A DNA stretch of 11,071 nt. It comes from an uncultured Nitrososphaerota archaeon. Its GTDB lineage: Archaea; Asgardarchaeota; Njordarchaeia; Njordarchaeales; Panguiarchaeaceae. Below, piece by piece: positions 8,375-11,071 of this stretch. The notes below the pieces were generated by a model that saw only the letters and a program-made list of their open reading frames with translations, was not told where the DNA came from and did no database searches. The stretch's first letter is position 1. Each line of letters begins with the position of its first letter. The DNA lies in the NCBI GenBank assembly GCA_964636085.1, contig CAZWPQ010000049.1:1-11071 (forward strand), given 5' to 3'. The translations under genes were made by a program, and so were the position numbers.

Positions 8375-8644
8375 ATGAAATCTAGAGTGAGTATTGACAA
8401 ATTTGGGAGGATTGTAATTCCAGCCCAAATACGTAGAAAACTTGGCATTAAAACGGGTAGCATACTCGTGATAGAGTTGAGGGGCTCCATGATAGTGATT
8501 AGGCCCGTAAGTAATATAGATGAAGTTGTCGACAAATGGTTCGAGAAAATGATTAATATGAATGTGGAGGCTAGGTATTTCAGGCCTAGAGGCAGTAAGT
8601 GGTTTGGTGACGAATATGTCAAAAGGAAGCTCGGAATCGATTAA
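8375..8644 (+). CDS. vapB: AbrB/MazE/SpoVT-family DNA-binding antitoxin (VapB-like)
   Basis: IDKFGRIVIPAQIRRKLGIKTGS...IVIRP is the AbrB swapped-hairpin signature. It lies directly upstream of, and overlaps, a PIN gene. Confidence 0.9.
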   Translation: MKSRVSIDKFGRIVIPAQIRRKLGIKTGSILVIELRGSMIVIRPVSNIDEVVDKWFEKMINMNVEARYFRPRGSKWFGDEYVKRKLGID

Positions 8645-9101
8645 CGGGGTTGTCGATGTAGGTATAATAGTTATAGGCCATTTCAACAATCCTGCTAAAG
8701 TAGACGCATTAAGGTTCCTGAGAAAAGTTCTTAAGCAAGATGTTAGAGCATTAATCCCAGTAACGACATTTATCGGTGCATATCACATAATGGTCAATTA
8801 TTTAGGAGTCTCTAGAAAATCTGCGAAGGATGCATTGACAGAAACCCTAAACACAAGATCTCCAGCTTTCTATCAGGACGTGAGTATTGATGACGCCATA
8901 GAGTCGCTAGATGTCGCATCAATCTACAATGTAGAGTCATGGGATGGCTACCTAGTAGCGCTGGCACAAAAGTATAACTGCAACATCATATTCTCGATCG
9001 ACAAAAAACTATCGTGTGTCGAAGGAATAACAATTATCAATCCAATACCAGAGGATAAAATGAGGGAGTATCATGAATTCATCAAGAGGCTAACGAAATA
9101 A
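8616..9101 (+). CDS. vapC: PIN domain protein (VapC-like toxin)
   Basis: VVDVGII (D14), ESWDGYLVALA (D110), IFSIDKKL (D129) and terminal I.NP. Start moved to ATG 8616 because GGTGA sits 5 nt upstream, giving a 29-nt overlap with the antitoxin. Confidence 0.85.
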   Translation: MSKGSSESINGVVDVGIIVIGHFNNPAKVDALRFLRKVLKQDVRALIPVTTFIGAYHIMVNYLGVSRKSAKDALTETLNTRSPAFYQDVSIDDAIESLDVASIYNVESWDGYLVALAQKYNCNIIFSIDKKLSCVEGITIINPIPEDKMREYHEFIKRLTK

Positions 9102-10040
9102 CCACAGCATTACCCTTTATTAATTCTAAAATAACGAGATTCTAGATGATATCCCTCAGATAAAAAATTGATTCTTCGTGGAGGTTGTCCATGTTTAACC
9201 TTGGCTTTGATGTTCTCTGTCTGTCTCATGACTATCCACCTGTCCCATTCAACGAAACGCCTAATAACGACAATCGATAATAATAACGTATGCCAAACAT
9301 AATATATAATTAAAAGTAGAGTATCGAAGTTAGTGCCCCTATACAACATAACCCCAAACAACAAAAATTGTGCCATACATCCGAAACACTTTCCACCTGA
9401 GGTTTTGTGCAGGTGTCTCGTATAGGACAGGCATAAAACAATTAACACTATCAATTATGTTGCATGCAACTTATTTGCCTATAAACGATGATGCTAAAGG
9501 GCGATGCGGGTGTCCCAAGGGCGTCTCATGATTTTTCATGTTCCATCTTGTGGGGACATCAAAATCAGGTGTGTTTGGATTTTCAGCCTACATGCGTGTT
9601 TTCTCTGCTCACTGGTTGACATGGAAATTTGCCTGTTTTATATTTTGTTTCATGTATGTTGTTTTATTGGTTGGTGTTGTTTTTTTGTGGTGGGATTGTA
9701 CCGATTCGTGCCACCCATGAGGCATGTAAGATTCAAACTACTCCTAATACGTGTCGAGAAAATAGGGGACATATAGGAATCGAATTCGAGGGCGAAAGTG
9801 TAGTAGGATGAGCAATGCCGGAGGCGTATGCAGAGGATAAAGAGAGGCTGAGCATAGCACCAGAACCCCTTGTATGTTAGATAAAGAATAAACTAACATG
9901 GGTGAACATAAGGACAGGAATATCATTAATAAGGCATTCAGCATATTTAGGGCATCTTGCAATGATCTCCAATTTTTTCAATTAAATTTGGAATATTATA
10001 AACTAATTCTCATTATTACAAACGAGTAGATAAAATTTCC

Positions 10041-10048
10041 TTTATAAA
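10041..10048 (+). promoter_or_regulatory. TATA box of the feo operon
   Basis: TTTATAAA about 60 nt upstream of the feoA start and immediately upstream of the operator pair. Confidence 0.6.
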
Positions 10049-10052
10049 ACTA

Positions 10053-10089
10053 AATTAGATTATTCTAATAGAATTAGATCATACTAATA
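10053..10089. promoter_or_regulatory. Two tandem DtxR-family metal-repressor boxes (TTAG-N6-CTAA)
   Basis: TTAGATTATTCTAA at 10055-10068 and TTAGATCATACTAA at 10074-10087, 19 bp apart. Same geometry as the SirR box TTAGGTTAACCTAA, and located directly upstream of an Fe(II) uptake operon. Confidence 0.75.
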
Positions 10090-10105
10090 AGATTCGGTGA
10101 TGTTA

Positions 10106-10393
10106 ATGCGGAGGGGTACATTCAGATACGGAAGGCATATACGATTCAACCCACTTGGAAATCAAAGTGGAGTAATCCCCCTTGCAATGCTTAGTGTAAA
10201 TGAAGAGGGGATTATTGAGCATGTTTATGCGGGAAGGGGGTTTCGAAGTAAGGTTGTTGGGATGAACATTGTTCCAGGCACGAGGGTCAAGGTCTTGTGG
10301 AAGGGCTATGGGGGGATTATGGTGCAGATTGGTGAGTCTAGATTCGCCTTAGGTTTCGGAATCGCCATGAAGATTTATGTGAGGCGTATATAA
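10106..10393 (+). CDS. feoA: Ferrous iron transport protein A (first copy)
   Basis: PLAML...G.I..V.AG......V.MNIVPGTRVKV....G...V.IG.SRFALGFGIAMKIYV FeoA pattern. ATG 10106 chosen from GGTGA at 10096-10100; 10097 and 10100 are alternative starts. Confidence 0.88.
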   Translation: MRRGTFRYGRHIRFNPLGNQSGVIPLAMLSVNEEGIIEHVYAGRGFRSKVVGMNIVPGTRVKVLWKGYGGIMVQIGESRFALGFGIAMKIYVRRI

Positions 10394-10645
10394 ATGCCGG
10401 TATTAAGATTGGATGAGCTTAGTGATGGAGAGTCCGCAGAAATTATAGGCTATGATGATGAGACTCCTCCTAATCTAAAGATCAGGTTTGTAAGTATGGG
10501 GCTCACTCGTGGTGTTGTTGTCGAAATGATTAGGCGTTCGATTTTGGGGGACCCTATAGAATTTAAGGTGAGGGGATATTTTGTCTCTCTCAGAAAATCT
10601 GAAGCTCATTATATTAAGGTTAGAAAGCTTGGTGGTGAAAAATGA
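10394..10645 (+). CDS. feoA: Ferrous iron transport protein A (second copy)
   Basis: MGLTRG..V.M.RRS.LGDPIEFKVRGY.VSLRKSEA..IKV is canonical FeoA. It abuts the previous stop (TAAATG). Confidence 0.95.
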   Translation: MPVLRLDELSDGESAEIIGYDDETPPNLKIRFVSMGLTRGVVVEMIRRSILGDPIEFKVRGYFVSLRKSEAHYIKVRKLGGEK

Positions 10646-11071
10646 AGGAGATAGTTGTAGCTGTTATTGGGAATCCAAATGTTGGAAAATCCACATTGTT
10701 TAATGAGTTGACTGGTGCGAAACAATATATAGGGAATTGGCCAGGTGTTACAGTTGAGAAGAAAGAGGGAGAAAAAATTTTTGGTGACTACAAAATTAGA
10801 TTTGTGGATCTTCCCGGGACCTATGGACTTGGTGCTTCCTCGATAGATGAGCGTATTGCGAGAGATTATATTGTTTTCGAGAAGCCCGACGTTATTGTGA
10901 ATATTGTGGATGCATCCAATCTGGACAGAAATTTGTATTTGACATTGGAGTTGATTGAGACGGGTGCTAGAGTTGTTATAGCGTTAAACATGATGGATAT
11001 TGCCGAGTCTAAAGGCATTAATATTGATGTTGATGCATTATCAAAAGAACTGGGCGTCCCAATTGTTCCTA
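10642..11071 (+). CDS. feoB: Ferrous iron transporter B, N-terminal GTPase domain (partial)
   Basis: Manual translation MKEIVVAVIGNPNVGKSTLFNELTGAKQYIGNWPGVTVEKKEG...VDLPGTY...VDASNLDRNLYL...ALNMMD shows G1-G4 motifs. ATGA overlap with feoA; GGTGGTGA RBS. Confidence 0.97.
   Translation, partial: MKEIVVAVIGNPNVGKSTLFNELTGAKQYIGNWPGVTVEKKEGEKIFGDYKIRFVDLPGTYGLGASSIDERIARDYIVFEKPDVIVNIVDASNLDRNLYLTLELIETGARVVIALNMMDIAESKGINIDVDALSKELGVPIVP

Noticed and set aside
8562-8615. Longer 179-aa start for the PIN gene
   Set aside because: It would overlap the antitoxin by 83 nt, whereas ATG 8616 has a well-placed GGTGA.
1997-8689. Antisense or out-of-frame ORFs overlapping the HEPN, MNT, beta-helix, SBP and AbrB genes
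   Set aside because: They overlap well-supported genes and have no motifs; the Val-rich ones mirror the Thr-rich linkers.
1538-9200. Integron-like cassette array
   Set aside because: No recurring attC-like sites between genes, mixed gene orientation, native promoters, and no integrase.
9380-9640. Replication origin (ORB-like TTCCAC/GTTCCA words near the skew switch)
   Set aside because: The matches are weak and not repeated, there are no proper G-string ORBs, and no cdc6/orc1 gene is adjacent.
9504-9962. ORFs 9504-9776, 9538-9720, 9629-9811 and 9744-9962 as membrane proteins
   Set aside because: They overlap one another, their hydrophobicity follows from T/G-rich low-complexity DNA, and no family is recognisable.

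Overview
AT-rich window that is almost certainly archaeal: GGTGA/GGAGGTGA ribosome-binding sites, TATA-type promoters, HEPN-MNT and AbrB-PIN toxin-antitoxin pairs, and surface proteins with Thr-rich stalks and C-terminal membrane anchors. From left to right: (1) the 5' 512 codons of a secreted NosD/CASH-type beta-helix protein on the minus strand, missed by the ORF track because it runs off the left edge; (2) a HEPN + minimal nucleotidyltransferase pair; (3) a translationally coupled minus-strand operon of an orphan family-5 (OppA/DppA-like) solute-binding protein and a 1124-aa membrane-anchored beta-helix protein; (4) an AbrB/MazE-type antitoxin and a PIN toxin with a non-canonical active site; (5) about 0.95 kb with no credible long gene, containing a hairpin at a strand-composition switch; (6) a feoA-feoA-feoB operon with two tandem DtxR-type operators. 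I cannot establish a novel system from sequence alone. The best candidate is the permease-less SBP + beta-helix surface operon bracketed by two TA modules.
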